A stretch of DNA of 64,000 nucleotides from Azolla caroliniana (lineage: Eukaryota > Plantae > Polypodiophyta): positions 1,798,001 through 1,862,000 of the forward strand of contig JBHGNT010000006.1 in the NCBI GenBank assembly GCA_043228905.1. Reading direction: 5' to 3'. The notes below the pieces were generated by a model. The model had not been told where the DNA came from, made no database searches, and saw nothing but the letters and a program-made list of their open reading frames with translations. Position 1 is the stretch's first letter. Each line of letters opens with the position of its first letter. The translations under genes and the position numbers were made by a program. Positions 12,701 through 26,124 of this stretch are shown one piece after another.

Positions 12701-15700
12701 ATGTTGTGGGGCTGATCCACGCTCCTTCGTCATCCAGTACTCAATAGCTCTATCACATTGTGGAGAACATTAAAAAGTAGATGTGTATAAATATAAAAGG
12801 CACAATGATAAATCAATCATGTGACGTGTAAAAGGACTGTTTTACAGTGGGCCATCTTCCTACTAAGAGGTATTGTGGGGCTGATCCATTGTCTCTGAGC
12901 ATCCAATTTAATGATATCAGTTCAGATGACCTATACTTCTCCACTTCGGTCATCGGTCATGTTTAGATATGGACAATCCAAGTTATACTGGAAAGCGGGT
13001 AGTATGTTTACACTTCTGCCACAAACTCTTGCATCATTCTTGCATATTATCCAATTTAATGATATCAATTTGGATCACCCCATTCCTTTCCACTTTGTCC
13101 ATATTTAGACGCAATCCAGACCATATTGGAATGGGGGTACTGCATTTATACTCATGCCATTTTATTGGAATGAGCAAGTTGTTTTCATGACATAAGTGCC
13201 AACCTAAAGTACCTTTGTTAAGGAGCTCCCATAATTATTCAATTTCTTTAGAATTACAAAAATTCATGCAACTTCCTAGAAATAACTTTAATGACAACTT
13301 GATAATAGATCAGATTACATGATATGCACCTAAAACTAACAAGGGGGTGTCACATGTGTAGCCATAGAGACTAGAAACTGCTCTCCGTACTCGGTATGAA
13401 AATATTAAGACTAAGGTTTTCGAACTTCCTAGAAAGACAAACATTATAATCTTCTAGAATCTATAAATGATACCACAATTTTTCTTCTAGTAACAAGATG
13501 GATATTGTTAACTCTTGGGTCTTAGCAGCCACATTGTGTGCTGAAAATGGGTTCCTGTGAGCTCGCTGATTTCAGAACAATCACAAACTGACTTTACTCA
13601 AGTTTAGCACATGAAATGAACTAATATTTGTCACATGATAAACTAATAGCACAACATTTTTTCACAACAACAAATAGCAGAAAATTGTAGACAAAAGAAA
13701 TAAAGATACCCGTAAATCAAGAAAGGACGCTGCTGCTAAAACTCTGAAAGCATTCCCATCATTTAACTTAGGTTGATGTCCATATAAATATGCCAGGGCA
13801 ATGCCAACTGCCTCTCCATTGACATTTTCATCATCAATATGAAGAGTTATTTCCGGTGCACCAGCTTCTTTCCATGGACCTTGGAGCATGTTCCTGCATA
13901 GAAAAAATATATCATATAGCAACTATAGATGTCTATTTTTTCTGATATCAGTTACCCAACAGCCATGCACAGTGACCCACCAAAAATACAGTTTTGTACT
14001 ACGAGAAAACCGAACTGCAAGAGAAGAGAGGATGAGGCAATGGTATGAATAGGTAAGTATTTCCAGAATCTTTGGCTATTTGGAAGGAACACAAACGCAT
14101 CATTTGGAAGGGCTTGTATATGAAATAACAAGGTTGACATCTGTTTAATGGCGATTTCTTTGATCCATACAACATTTTAGGGAGGAAAAAACCAGGTATC
14201 TTAATGTATAAAACTTTCCAGATTGCACATAACAGATTCTTTCAGCAACAAGTGATCTATAAACCATTTTAGGCTCAAATAATAGATTTCATAATCTATA
14301 AGCCTTTTAAAGGAAAAAAAATGATTATTGATCAATTATTTCCACCAGCATATTATCTATTGCCCCTTTTAGGAAGAAAATAAACACACTCCTTACTCTT
14401 ATAAGCATTTTCAGGCTGTAAAATGACATGTTTCTTTGATCTATAATTCCTTTTAGACATCAAGTACCGTATCACTCAGCCGCAAATGAGCTATTAACCA
14501 TTGTAGGCAGCAAATAACCAAAAAATGTTAGCATTACCAGAAAACTGAGACAGATTATATCAATAAGCCCATTTAGACACCTAAAAGAGCAAACAAATTT
14601 CTTTCAACTATAGGCCACAACAAATAGTTTTCTTGAGCCACAAGTCAATTTGAAGTCATTCTAGGCAGAAACTGACAGTGACCTTCAGCCACACTTGATT
14701 TATAATCCCTTTTAGGCATCAGGAGACATGTGTATATTAGAGATTATATTATATACGTTTCATATAGATTTCTTTGATCTAACTTCTTAGTCATCAAACA
14801 GCAGTATTTGGAAGCATTTATCTACAAAATACGGTTTTGGAATGTATTTTGGACAAACTTCTTTAATCCAAAAGCCTTTGTAAGCAGTGAACAACAGATT
14901 ATTAATGTCTAATCCCTTTTTAGGTATCAAGATATCAGATTTCTTCAGCCAAATTTTGATATATATGTCCTTGTGAATAAAGAAGTAGCTGATTTTTAAG
15001 AAATATATAAGATATTTCAGGTGGCAGAATAAACAACAGATTTCTTAATCAATAGACGGTTTTATGCATCAACCTACCAGAGCCAGAATTCAACTCATAA
15101 GCTCTTGTAAACAGATAATCAACTGATTTCCAATCATTCTATCAGCTCTTTAGTGCAGCGAAAACAACTAAAGTCCTTTTTAGACACTAAAATAGCAGAT
15201 TTCTTCAGCCAAAGTTCGATCTATAAGCCCTTGAAAACAGAAAAAACAACTGATATCTAAATCTATAAGAGGGATGTTAAAAAACAGAACTTGATCAATA
15301 ACGAAACAACATATTTTGTTAAATCTATAACCCCTTTAAGCATCAAAACAGCATATTTACTAATCTATAATCCTTTGTAGTAAGCATCAAAACAACAGAT
15401 TCCTTACTGTACAATCCCATTGAAGCATCGAAACAACAGATTTCTAAATTTATGCTCTCTTTTGAACTTCAAAATAAAAGAATTCTTCAACCGAAGTTCG
15501 ATGGATAACCTCTCCAAGAAGAACAGAAAGAACAAAAGGCAAAGGAAAACTTTATGCTAATGGCAGTTTCCACCTGAAAACAGAGCTACGAGAGAGGATG
15601 AGACGGTGCAGGGAATAAGAAGACCCCATGGCGTGGAGCAGGATGTCTGAAAAAGAACCAGAATTCCATCCTTCTGTTTGTACGTGTTCACAGAGGGAAG

Positions 15701-15860
15701 AAAGGTTGCTACAATCCAACGTACGATTCTCTTCGCTGCTTTCTTCGTCGGATATTGCCGAAGAAGATGATGCAGAAGCGAGTGTTAGCACAGCATTGTT
15801 GCTTGCCATCAGTCTCTGTGAGGCAGAAAGATGTGGCTTCATCGATCCATCTGATCGCAT
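6790..15860 (-). CDS. BTB/POZ-domain protein of the plant germ-cell-less-like family, 12 coding exons
   Basis: Exons 15860-15574, 13893-13710, 12078-12010, 11796-11698, 11046-10967, 10880-10019, 9650-8965, 8855-8771, 8671-8620, 7375-7326, 7213-7166, 6966-6790, all with GT-AG introns. Motifs FSDILLHAMGSSYSLHRLILSRSS-FRNMLQGPWKE, NAFRVLAAASFLDL-DLCAICTEF, FPPFRFGVEF, FYAGSLWK, PKGWGWRTA. Confidence 0.9.
12412..12888. repeat. Three tandem copies of a ~160-168-bp unit in BTB intron 2
   Basis: ctcaatagctNtatcacatNgtggagaacattaaaa...tcttcctactaa starts at ~12412, ~12572 and ~12740. Confidence 0.9.
14150..15520. repeat. Decayed minisatellite (~40-50-bp unit) filling BTB intron 1
   Basis: Recurrent sub-motifs aacaacagatttct, atctataaNcccttttaggcatca and ttcttcagccaa, e.g. 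near 14231, 14891, 15195 and 15322-15450. Confidence 0.65.
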
Positions 15861-18786
15861 ATTTTGGATAGATTTTCCGTGTATGTATGTTATAGAATTT
15901 CCGACAGATTCTTCTATCTTTCTCTCTTTCTTCGTGATGATGGGGATGGAGGCAATGGGGATGGGGATGTGGATGAAGAACGAACAATGAACAATGAACA
16001 ATGAACAACGAAAGGGGTGCTAGGGATAGATCGCTGGTCTTGATCGACGCTAGGGTTTCCTGCGATTTGACAGTAGTCAGGTGGGGTTTGGCGATGGCGA
16101 AGAAGAAGAAGAAGAATGGTGATGATGGTGGTTTATGATATTTATGACGATACCCCTGTCCTACCATTCATGAGATTACTCAGAAAAAAATACCCCTCCC
16201 TCTTCTCCCACCATGGAAGGGCTACCCACATACATTGCATACATCCACTCTTCATCATGCCATGCTCCTCCTCTCTCTCGTTCCCTCTTCCTATTCTACT
16301 CGTGGCGATGGCAATGGCAATGGTGATGGCGATGGTGATAGTGATAGTGATAGTGATCGTCAAAGTGATAGTGATAGTGATAGTGGTGGTGATGGTGATG
16401 GTGGTGGCAGAGTAGAGTTGTCATTGAGGATATTTATCAAATACCCTTAACATTTAGATCATATAATGTAGAGAGAAAGAGTGTGAGATAGATAGACAAG
16501 ATAAAGAGGAAGAAGAAAAAGATTGAGCATATTAACGTCTCTAAAGAGGCAAGTGTGGCCAAAAGACCAGAACAATATACATCAGAAATGGAATTTAACG
16601 AACACTAAATAAATATAAGAAAGGCACTGATTGTATTGTTCTGCATACAATTGATGCTTCCCAATTATGACTCTTATTTGTTTGTGTAGCATGTGCCTTG
16701 TTCTTCTCTCCAGTGGTGTGGATATCGTCTAGCCTTGAGGTGTTCAATTCTCGCCAAGGCAAGCCAAACTACCTCTTGTGTACTCCGTTTGGACCTAAGC
16801 GAGATGCAGGACATGAGGTATGCATACAATTGAAGTTAAGGTCAATGCTCATGTGTTGTTCTCGTTAGTTTACAAGTGACAAGTGCCTACCATTCATTCT
16901 TATCGATGCATGCTTCTAAAGTCCAATGATATAGATCCAAAAACTTTTAGACATCAAATTGTAGAACATTCAACATTGTACAATAGTTCGAAGTCAAACC
17001 CCTCTTAAAATAGGCATGGGAAATACATTTGAGAAAGTTTGCTTGGATCTAGGGCAACGACCCTCGAGGGATTGGTGACGGGTGTATTGCTTGAAGGATT
17101 GCTATTTTGATCGAATCACTTTATCTCTTCAATTTTAATTTAGGGTATTTGAAAGAAATTCACTTCTTTGTGGCATTTCAATGGACAATCCATTGATATT
17201 GTCTATTGTGGGCAAATTGGCAAACAAGTAGTAGGTACGCTTCTTCATTTAGGTGTCAAGCTTTTGTTGATATTCTTGGGCTTTTCCTCTCTATGGTCCA
17301 TATATACAATTCTTTACGTTTCTTTGACATACCCATTACACACACTTAACACATCCTTAATATAGCACAGTCACTAATGACACCTAATCATTGCCCCAAC
17401 ACCATTAGCCATTTGAGAGCATTTTCACCTCTGAGAATAAGACAAGATAACGAATCGTTCCTATATACCATCAACCGAAACTAATTGTTATCAATACCAT
17501 TAATTAAAATCAATAAATATCAATTGCTTTAAACTAATCACTTCTTGTACCAATCGTTAAAACTAACCATTGCCATTACCATGAACTTAAATTAATGGCA
17601 CTAAGAATACTTCTAACATAAATAATTAGTTTTATACCATGAACATCATCCCTTAATATTGCAATTATGTTAAATATAAACCCCTATAATACTCAACAAG
17701 AAAGCAATCTACGTTATGATTGGGACCTATGCTCATTATAAAGCTTAAGTTAATGTACTACAAGGTATTATGTGGGGGGATATGTTGACAATATGGTGAT
17801 TTTATATCACATAGGTTATAATACTTCACAAGGATTTTTAAATTAAGATATGAAATTTGTTTCTCGGAAAACATATGCAAACTAGTCGATTTCTAAAGTA
17901 ACGAATCATACATAAATCATTTGATGGTCTCATTTATTCATTCCCAATTGCATCCAATTGGTGGACAAACATGTTTTCTAATTTTCTTGATCGGCATTCA
18001 CAAGTAGGTAAGTATAGGTACTTATATGCACAATGCAAGATATGACATGCATTTATCCACCCTTCCTCAAAAACAGTGACTAGGTGCACCGTGCATGTGG
18101 GTTTCACTCAATCACAATATTGCAGCTAAAACCCAAAGTGTTAAAATGGAGCATGCTCTAAGAGCTAATAATACCCCTCTTCTAGGGGTATCATACCTAT
18201 AATCTTCTATGCACGATTAATCCTATCAAATATCATATTTGATACATGGGAGGTTTAACATTTTTGGTAATACATAAAACCTTTTCTTGCTCTACATCAA
18301 AGGTAGCATGGCTAAATGTAGCCATCTCAATGCCTAACAAAGTTGAATTTGTTGGCATGTAGTAAATCAACTTCATTCATTGTATACAGACAAGTGGATG
18401 TATAGGGATGTTCCACTCATCAAAATCCAGCTTACATGTGCAAGTGACTTACACAACATGGGTAAGCTCTTTCAATTTGGAAATGATGTGCATATACTTC
18501 ATTTGAATTCCCCCCTATGGTTCAGCCACATGTTGCACAATTTATAGTGAAACAGAAGCACCTCAATAACCATTACCTAACTCACTCTCATTTTATAAAA
18601 AACGAGGCTTTTTAAGCTGTGTTACTTCTAGACATAAATTGGAATTCCAACTATTATTCGTAGATAGTTGACATGGTCCGTTGTCATTGTTCCATCTTGT
18701 AGATCATCAAATATGTATTCAAGGCATGAATTTCTTAAATGCCATTTTCTTGTTATCTTGATAATTTAAGCATAATTCCCTATAAA

Positions 18787-19068
18787 CCAACATGGAATTT
18801 AGCATCCTATATTGTAACTTGTAAGGCATAAGATATTGAATTGCATGTTGTGTTCACACCTTCATTTTGTGTGTGTTGTCTGTTCCATTTCCCACGTTGG
18901 TAATGTGTGCCTAGAGCTTTCCAGACCCACCAACATGGAATTTAGCATCCTATATTGTAACTTGTAAGGCATAAGATATTGAATTGCATGTTGTGTTCAC
19001 ACCTTCATTTTGTGTGTGTTGTCTGTTCCATTTCCCACCCTGGTAATGTGTGCCTAGAGCTATCCAGA
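18787..19068. repeat. Near-perfect ~143-bp tandem duplication
   Basis: ccaacatggaatttagcatcctatattg...gtaatgtgtgcctagagct at 18787 and 18930. Confidence 0.95.
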
Positions 19069-20517
19069 CTCATCTCTTTCAAAATAGTGATGATGTTCCA
19101 TGGGCATTCAATGCACGAACTACATGCCAATGCTTCCAAGTTTCTTTTATGAGATACACAAGAATTAATCTACTAAAGTCCATGCACACAACACAACTAG
19201 ACTTGTGGAGTTCTCACTCGAATGTGTCTACTAGCAACATAACCTTCATTAATTTGAAGAAATGACAAGTTCACATGCACCTAAGTAGTTAGTTGTACAA
19301 TAGGCTCATTACTAAGGAATGTTGACATATAATTAGGTTTTCCCTATATACATAGGAAAGGCTAATTATGAGTATGATGTTGTCAAGGTGATACACATAT
19401 TGATCCTATTGGGGTGAGATAAATAAAAAGAAAGGAAATGAGTGATTTAAGGTTTTCTTTCGAGAATGTTTGAGCAAGCACAACAATACCCCCTCTCCAA
19501 AGAGGGTATCTCATTTGAGTGTTCTCCACTAACATATAATTATTATATTCAAAATACAATGGTTTGTCGTGATAATGTTTGGTTTTTCAGGATGGGTGGC
19601 ATTGTTGCCAAGCATATACAAACTAGATTCTTAAAGACTCTTAAGAGCCCCTACACAGTATTTTCAGATGCTTGATCAATTATAAGATGCTTTTGACTCT
19701 CTCACAACATTGTGTCGTATTTTACATCACAAGTGACAACATGCACTAATTAAATGTCATCTTCATAATGGCACAACGGACATTGACATACCCTTAGAAT
19801 AGTACTTTAAAGTGCAAAGAAATTGATTCTAAACCCACTCACATCTGCTTTTAGAGTAAAATGCCAACATATGTTATAGAAGAATTTCTTCCTAAAGAAA
19901 CTTATTCAGCTGCGATCATTTTATGCACAACACAAGGGGGGGCACAAACTAAATGGTGTCACGCGTATTGTGATGTCCAAATAAAACATTGTTTTACACT
20001 GTTCACTTTGGCATTTTGCCATTGATGTAGATAATTCAAAAGTTACATTACACTCCAAAAAAATATTTACCTGCAAACGACGCCCTCTTACAATGTATAT
20101 TGTAATTTGTAACATTTACATAAATACCAGCAATTAATATTTTTGACAGTTATAACGCATATATGGTTACAATATATGTGCTTAATTCGCACTGTGAACC
20201 TCATTGCCTTTATACATATAACACTAGCATTATGTATCCCAAATATGTTCACAGTAGAAAGAAAAAGAATGTCCATGCACAGCTGTGTGTATCTTATCTG
20301 TTAAATGTAAGAAAGTTAACCATGGAAAAGAAGACGAAAATGTGTCCATAATGAGGATAGAGCATCAACTATCTAAAGATTGACCAGATGCACAACCCAT
20401 GAGATTCGATCAATGAGCAACAAATTCCACTCCATCGATGCTTTTGAATATAGATATATATATTCCAGATTCGAGGCTAGCTATAATCAATTCAAAGAAT
20501 ATCTATCTATAGATAGA

Positions 20518-23500
20518 TTACTTTGCATACATGTTATTGTTGTCCAAAGCATAACCTTGAGCTACTAGATCTCGCTCGGACAGGCCCATCACCTCGTGTT
20601 GTTGCTGCAAAAAAAGCAAATTTCGTTAGCAATACTCCAAATCTTTTGCAAAACCCAACAGTAATTTCATCCATCCTCCAAGTACCTGGTTTATGTAGCT
20701 TGACAACAGATCATCTATGGCTGCAGCTGAAAATGATCCTGACAACCCATTAACTTGAGGTTTTAAGTCCACAGCCCAGTTTGATCCTTTCTCTTGCAGT
20801 CCCCCTCCAACTTCCATAGCTGGATTGTTTGAAAGGGGGAGGTTCTGAATGTATTGTGAATTTGAGACCGATGTAATCCTCTGTCCACAAGGTTGATTGT
20901 ATCCAGTATCATTCCATTCTTGCCAATTGTCCAATCCTGAACCTAATCTAGTCGAGAGAATGCTGTTCGATGATGCTGCTTGCAAATTGGAGTCATTGGA
21001 ATCAAATAAAAGATGGTTTTGCCCAGGGATGTTTATGCTTATCTCATTCCCATGAGAAATAGATGTAGCTAGTATATTCGACGTCATCGATGTCATCGGA
21101 ATGCTATAAATTCCGATATCGGATGATGAATGATAAACTCTAGAAGAATCCGGTTCAACAGTAGAAGCGAGCTCACAACATGATCCCAAATGAGGTGGTG
21201 GTGCATTAATGGTTACTTGACTTGGTGTTAGAGAACTCATCCTGCCAGACAATACCTTCTGCCCATTAGCATCTGTATCTGATAACATACCAGCAGAAAT
21301 TTGTGAACTATTCTGTTGAAGCATTTGCATCATTAAATGATTGTTGGTATGAGCCAACATCCCGCCATCATTGGCAGTTTGTCCAGATGCTTTTGGTATA
21401 GAAGGTAACCTATTGTTGTGACTCTTGTCAAAGAAAGCTAATTGACCCGCATTGATTGTTGAACTATTAAGTAAACCATGGGGTATTTTTCCAACAGAGA
21501 TGCTATTATTGGAACCATGAAGTGCTGCAATCTGTCCAAGTAGATGGTTTTTTGAACTTTTCCTATCTAGTAGACCTGTCTGGAGGGATGACGCCATTGC
21601 TTGTGTTGGAAAATGAGTTTGAAAATCCCCAAGCCCTAGATATCTTTCATCCATGGAGCCAAATTTTGTTTGTTGATGGGGAGGTCCACTTAGCCTCTTC
21701 AAGTATAAGCGATATTTCTGTAATCATGACCAAAAATTCATTCATGATCTTAGCCAGCACATAGACAAACTCATCTTACAACATCGACAAGTTAACACTT
21801 AAAATTAATTCACATTATCCTGGACTGTAAAACCAATTAATGAAAATGTAAAATCTACTTCATTCAAAGCTATAATGCAAAATCAACCATTAACAAGTCA
21901 ATCTCAAGAATCATCTATTATTATGGAGGGGCAAGATGATGATTCTAGAACGTGAACATAAATCCATAAATGCACAATCCATATTAAAAAGAAGAAGGCA
22001 TGATGAGTCGCCGAAGAATGCTCTGAATCCATTGAAATGAATGCACAGAATGCCGTTCAATGCAATGTGCAAAAATATTTACGTGGAAATAAAAATACTT
22101 CACAAACCTGCAAATGACTGGCAACGTTTTCCCTCGTCAAACCTCGAACATCCATCAGTTCCAAGATTCGTTTCGGAACAGCTTCTGTACAAACATAAAG
22201 TAACATTACAAGTCACCCTCGCACTCTCTCACATATGCACAGAAGAAAGGGTTTCTAAGCGTATGTTTACATATTAGCAACATCTAGAAGGGTACAACGA
22301 TAAACCCTAAACAACAGATTTAGAGGTAAAGATAGCTTCAATGATAAAGCCTAAACCACAGATTGACTGCCTTCTGGTCATTAAACTTCCACAGATAACT
22401 TTCTAGTCGAAGTGTTACATCTATCTCTTGTTTCAAATGCATATACTGACAAAGATATAAACATTCCATCTACAATATGCAAATAGAGATAATAAAGGAA
22501 GCTTACTATCAATTCCTAGTTGGTCCACAGCACTGACAAATTTTTGGTGTAAATCGACAGACCATACTACTCTCTGTTTCTTTGAAGAAGATGGGTCCTC
22601 ATTTTCTACTTCGGCCTCATCTTCTTCCTCCAGTGCATCCTTCCTCTTTTTGGAACACTTCAACGAATCACTCCCATGGTTATCTCCCCCGTCATTCACC
22701 CTATTCCTCCCGTCATCTTTTCTCTTCCTGACCACATGCTGCCAAATTACTTTCAGTTCCTCGATCCTTACGGGCTTCAACAAGTAATCACATGCTCCAT
22801 GCTTGATTCCTTTCATTACCGCATTTGTTTCTCCATTGGCAGACAACACTGTTCAAACAATGTCCAATATATTTTGCATTAAGAGGGAAATTTTTACATG
22901 TTACTGCTGAGGCCCACACAATAAATATTGAATATATATGTGAATAATATTCAATATATTTTGTATTCAAATTGCATTTTTCCAAGTTTCCACTCAAGTT
23001 CAAAATCTCCACAAATATACATATCCAAACAATGTTCAATACATATTGTATCCCGTGCATTTTAGGTCAAATAATATGCAATGTATGTTCAAACCAATAC
23101 TTGAATATGGTTTACATTTTATATTGAAGGGGTTTTTCAAGTTCCTACTGAGGGTTTTCTTTCCATCTTAAGTACAAATCACTGTGCATTAGTAATACCG
23201 ATGAAGGTATTTTTCCATCTTAAGAACAAATCATGACAATTGTATATTTGAATACCCATGAAGCAAAGGTAACTTACTGATCACGGGAAGGTCCATTTCT
23301 AGACCCACAAGCTCAAGTAGTTTGAAGCCATCCATATCTGGCATGTGGACATCACTGATGACCACATCAAAACCATCTTTATTTTCTCGCAGGATTTTGA
23401 GAGCATCAGCTGCTCTCTCACATGTTGTTACTGCATATATACACATTTAGAAAAACCTTAGAAAAACCATTTTATAGATGAAAACAAGTGAGCAAGGGGT

Positions 23501-24493
23501 ATAGTTATAGTCTTCTTTAGAGACCATCAATGATCGGCCAACCCCTTGGGGTTCATTCCAAGAACTCATCGAACAAATTTAAACCTTAAGCCATAGAAAA
23601 AACATGTGAAACAGGAAGATACTTATATACTTGACACAGTTGTAGAGACACTATCAAAAACACTGTTGGATTCATTTCAAGAGTGCCTCAACACAAATGT
23701 GAAACATAGAGAATATTGAAAATCAAACCTAGCCATAGTATATCAAACAAACCTTAGAGGACTATAGAATATTAAATAACAAAATACCCTTGGTTTCATC
23801 TTAATAAGGCCTCAAAACAAACAGAGCAAAAAAACCCTTGGAGGACTATAGAATATCAAATAACAAGTAACCCCTTAATTTCATCTTAATAAGGCCTCAA
23901 AATAAGCATATAAACAGAGCGACAATGAAAAAGAGTTCCTACTTTCATCACAATACTTCACTCAAAATTCTTTTCTAAGATGGCCATCCAGAGTGCATTT
24001 TCTTTTCTACGTAAATTGCAAAGACAAATTTCAATCACATAAAACAGACGGGGAGAGAGAGAGAGAGAGAGATCTATATACATATACACATTACAATTCT
24101 AGAAACCATATAAAAACATAAATTTATTGTATTTGTTCCTTTCTTGTTTTGCATAAAGTCCTCTTATTTCTACATAAGCACCTACAACATAAGATAAGGA
24201 TATAAATATGGCTAGATATACACAGAGAAATTAGCTTCAAAACCTTCTTATAACATAATTTTTTTATTTGTTTTCCAGCCTAATTGCAAAAACATAAGGA
24301 TTAAGTGTGCATTTGTATGTGTACCTTTGTAGTGGCACTGTTGTAGCATCTTTCCAAGAATGAGCAAACACACACGATCGTCATCAACTGCCAAGACACG
24401 CAATCCAGCAGGAAACACCTCCGTTTCTTCTCTGAATTTCTCGTTCATTTTTTTACCGTGGGTTAACAAGGCTAACTCCGTCTCAGCTCCCAT
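20518..24493 (-). CDS. Type-B response regulator (cytokinin signalling; receiver plus GARP/Myb-like DNA-binding domain), 6 exons
   Basis: Exons 24493-24325, 23430-23278, 22848-22507, 22184-22108, 21717-20686, 20604-20518. Receiver [13 protein letters not shown]...[16 protein letters not shown]...GACDYLLKP; [19 protein letters not shown]...[11 protein letters not shown]...[20 protein letters not shown]. Confidence 0.95.
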
Positions 24494-25029
24494 AATTGCT
24501 CATTAAAGTTAAAGAAACCTTTTGATATGAGGTCAAGAAGAAACGAGACTGAAGATATATGTTACATGTGTAGATAGAAGTATTAATTCTTGATATGACG
24601 CACAAATGATCAGATAAGAAGGTTTTAAGCTGAAGCCTGAATCTAATCAATGTGGGCATTCAAGCATAAAAGCCTCATATTGATGAGGATGTGAGGAAAT
24701 TTGAACTAAAGAGTCCAAATGATGATGATGATTTAGAGAGAGATAGAGGGAGGGATCATAATGCTCTTTGACGTGGCTAGTAAATTATATCAAGCTTTAA
24801 TGGTGAAATAAATAAAAAGGCAGTAAAGAAAGAGATGAATGAATGAGGGAAAAGCACACAACAGGTGGAGAATGGGGCTCACTATCAGGAAGTGGTGGTT
24901 AAAGAGCAAAAAGAAAAAAGCAAACGCAACAGAAAGGACCATGTATATATTTAGACGCAATAATGGAGGAATAGAAGACAAAAAAGAACACAAAAACAAA
25001 AGTACAAAAGTTGGGTGGCACCTGAGAAG

Positions 25030-25860
25030 GACAAAACCCTAAAAAAGGTTCTCTATATCTCTGTCTCTCTTTGTCGCAGACAAACCCCTAAAGCAATATC
25101 CCTGTATCTCTAAAACCCTAAATTTTGATCTCTTCGTAAAGGAAACAAACCCTTATAAAAGGAAAACTCTGTGCGCCTCTATAATCCGAGAAAGTTTATC
25201 TCCTTATCTCAGGAGGCAACACTAAAAATGATGTTTCTGTCTCCCTAAAAACCCTAAAAAGGGAACCTTTCTTCATTCTGTTTCACCGAAAGACCCCCAC
25301 TCTTTCGGTTTCAGAAAAACCCCATCAGAATGATCCTTCTATCACTATCATTGTCGCTCTTTCTTGTCTGTTTCAACTGCGCGAGACAAGAACCATAAAA
25401 AAATAATCATTCTGTCACTTTCACTGTCTCTCCTTCTCTGTCTATTTCATAGGGGAAGGCAAGACACTCAAAATCATATCTGTTTCTGTCTCTGTATACC
25501 TCTGTCTCTCTCTCACTCTCTCGACGGAGGAACCAAAAACCGAATTATTGGTAATCCTCTCTATCTATCTACCTATCTCTCTGTCTCTTTCTCGACTTAG
25601 ACATGAAAACCCTAATTGTCTTCCTTTTCTCTCAATCGAGAACCAAAACAAAACAAAAACTCAATTCTGTCTCCTCCACTCTCAATTCTCAATCTCTCTC
25701 GATTCAGAGAACGAAAACCCTGTGATTGTATCCCCTCAACCGAGAACAGAGAGAATCCCTACAAATCAAAATGCTCTGCCGCGTTTTCTGTTTTCCTCGC
25801 TCGCATCAGCGTGGGAGAAACCAGAAACCCTAAAAACAATCAGTTACCGGAAACCCTAAA
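25030..25860. promoter_or_regulatory. Cluster of telo-box (AAACCCTAA) motifs in the CT/GA-rich 5' region of the response regulator
   Basis: aaaccctaa at about 25034, 25113, 25248, 25607, 25825 and 25851; function inferred only from known plant telo-box biology. Confidence 0.4.
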
Positions 25861-26031
25861 ACTATTAGTTTTTGTGGGTGTGCTACTACTTAAATGAAAT
25901 GAAAATGATTGAAGAAGAAGAAGATGATGATGATGATAATGATGATGAAAGAGTTACATGTTTTTTTGGGTCGCTTGTCTTCTTGGCTTCCCAAACGGCC
26001 AATTCTGCCTATGTGGTCTCTTTGATGATAC

Positions 26032-26124
26032 CATACATACATACATACATACACACACACACATACATACATACATACACACACACATACATACATACAT
26101 ACACACACACATACATACATACAT
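26032..26124. repeat. (ATAC)n/(AC)n compound microsatellite
   Basis: Direct reading. Confidence 0.95.

Noticed and set aside
12079-13709. BTB intron 2 donor GTATCTTT as a second U12 intron
   Set aside because: No TCCTTAAC-like branch point near the acceptor; treated as U2-type
16116-16450. Low-complexity ORFs (VIVIV/DSDSD/ITITI)
   Set aside because: Translations of GTGATA/GTGATG microsatellites
20626-20685. ORF-track C-terminus of the response regulator (VLGGWMKLL...)
   Set aside because: A GT donor after ...SYINQ and a downstream exon (20604-20518) give a more typical type-B RR ending; the read-through is probably intron
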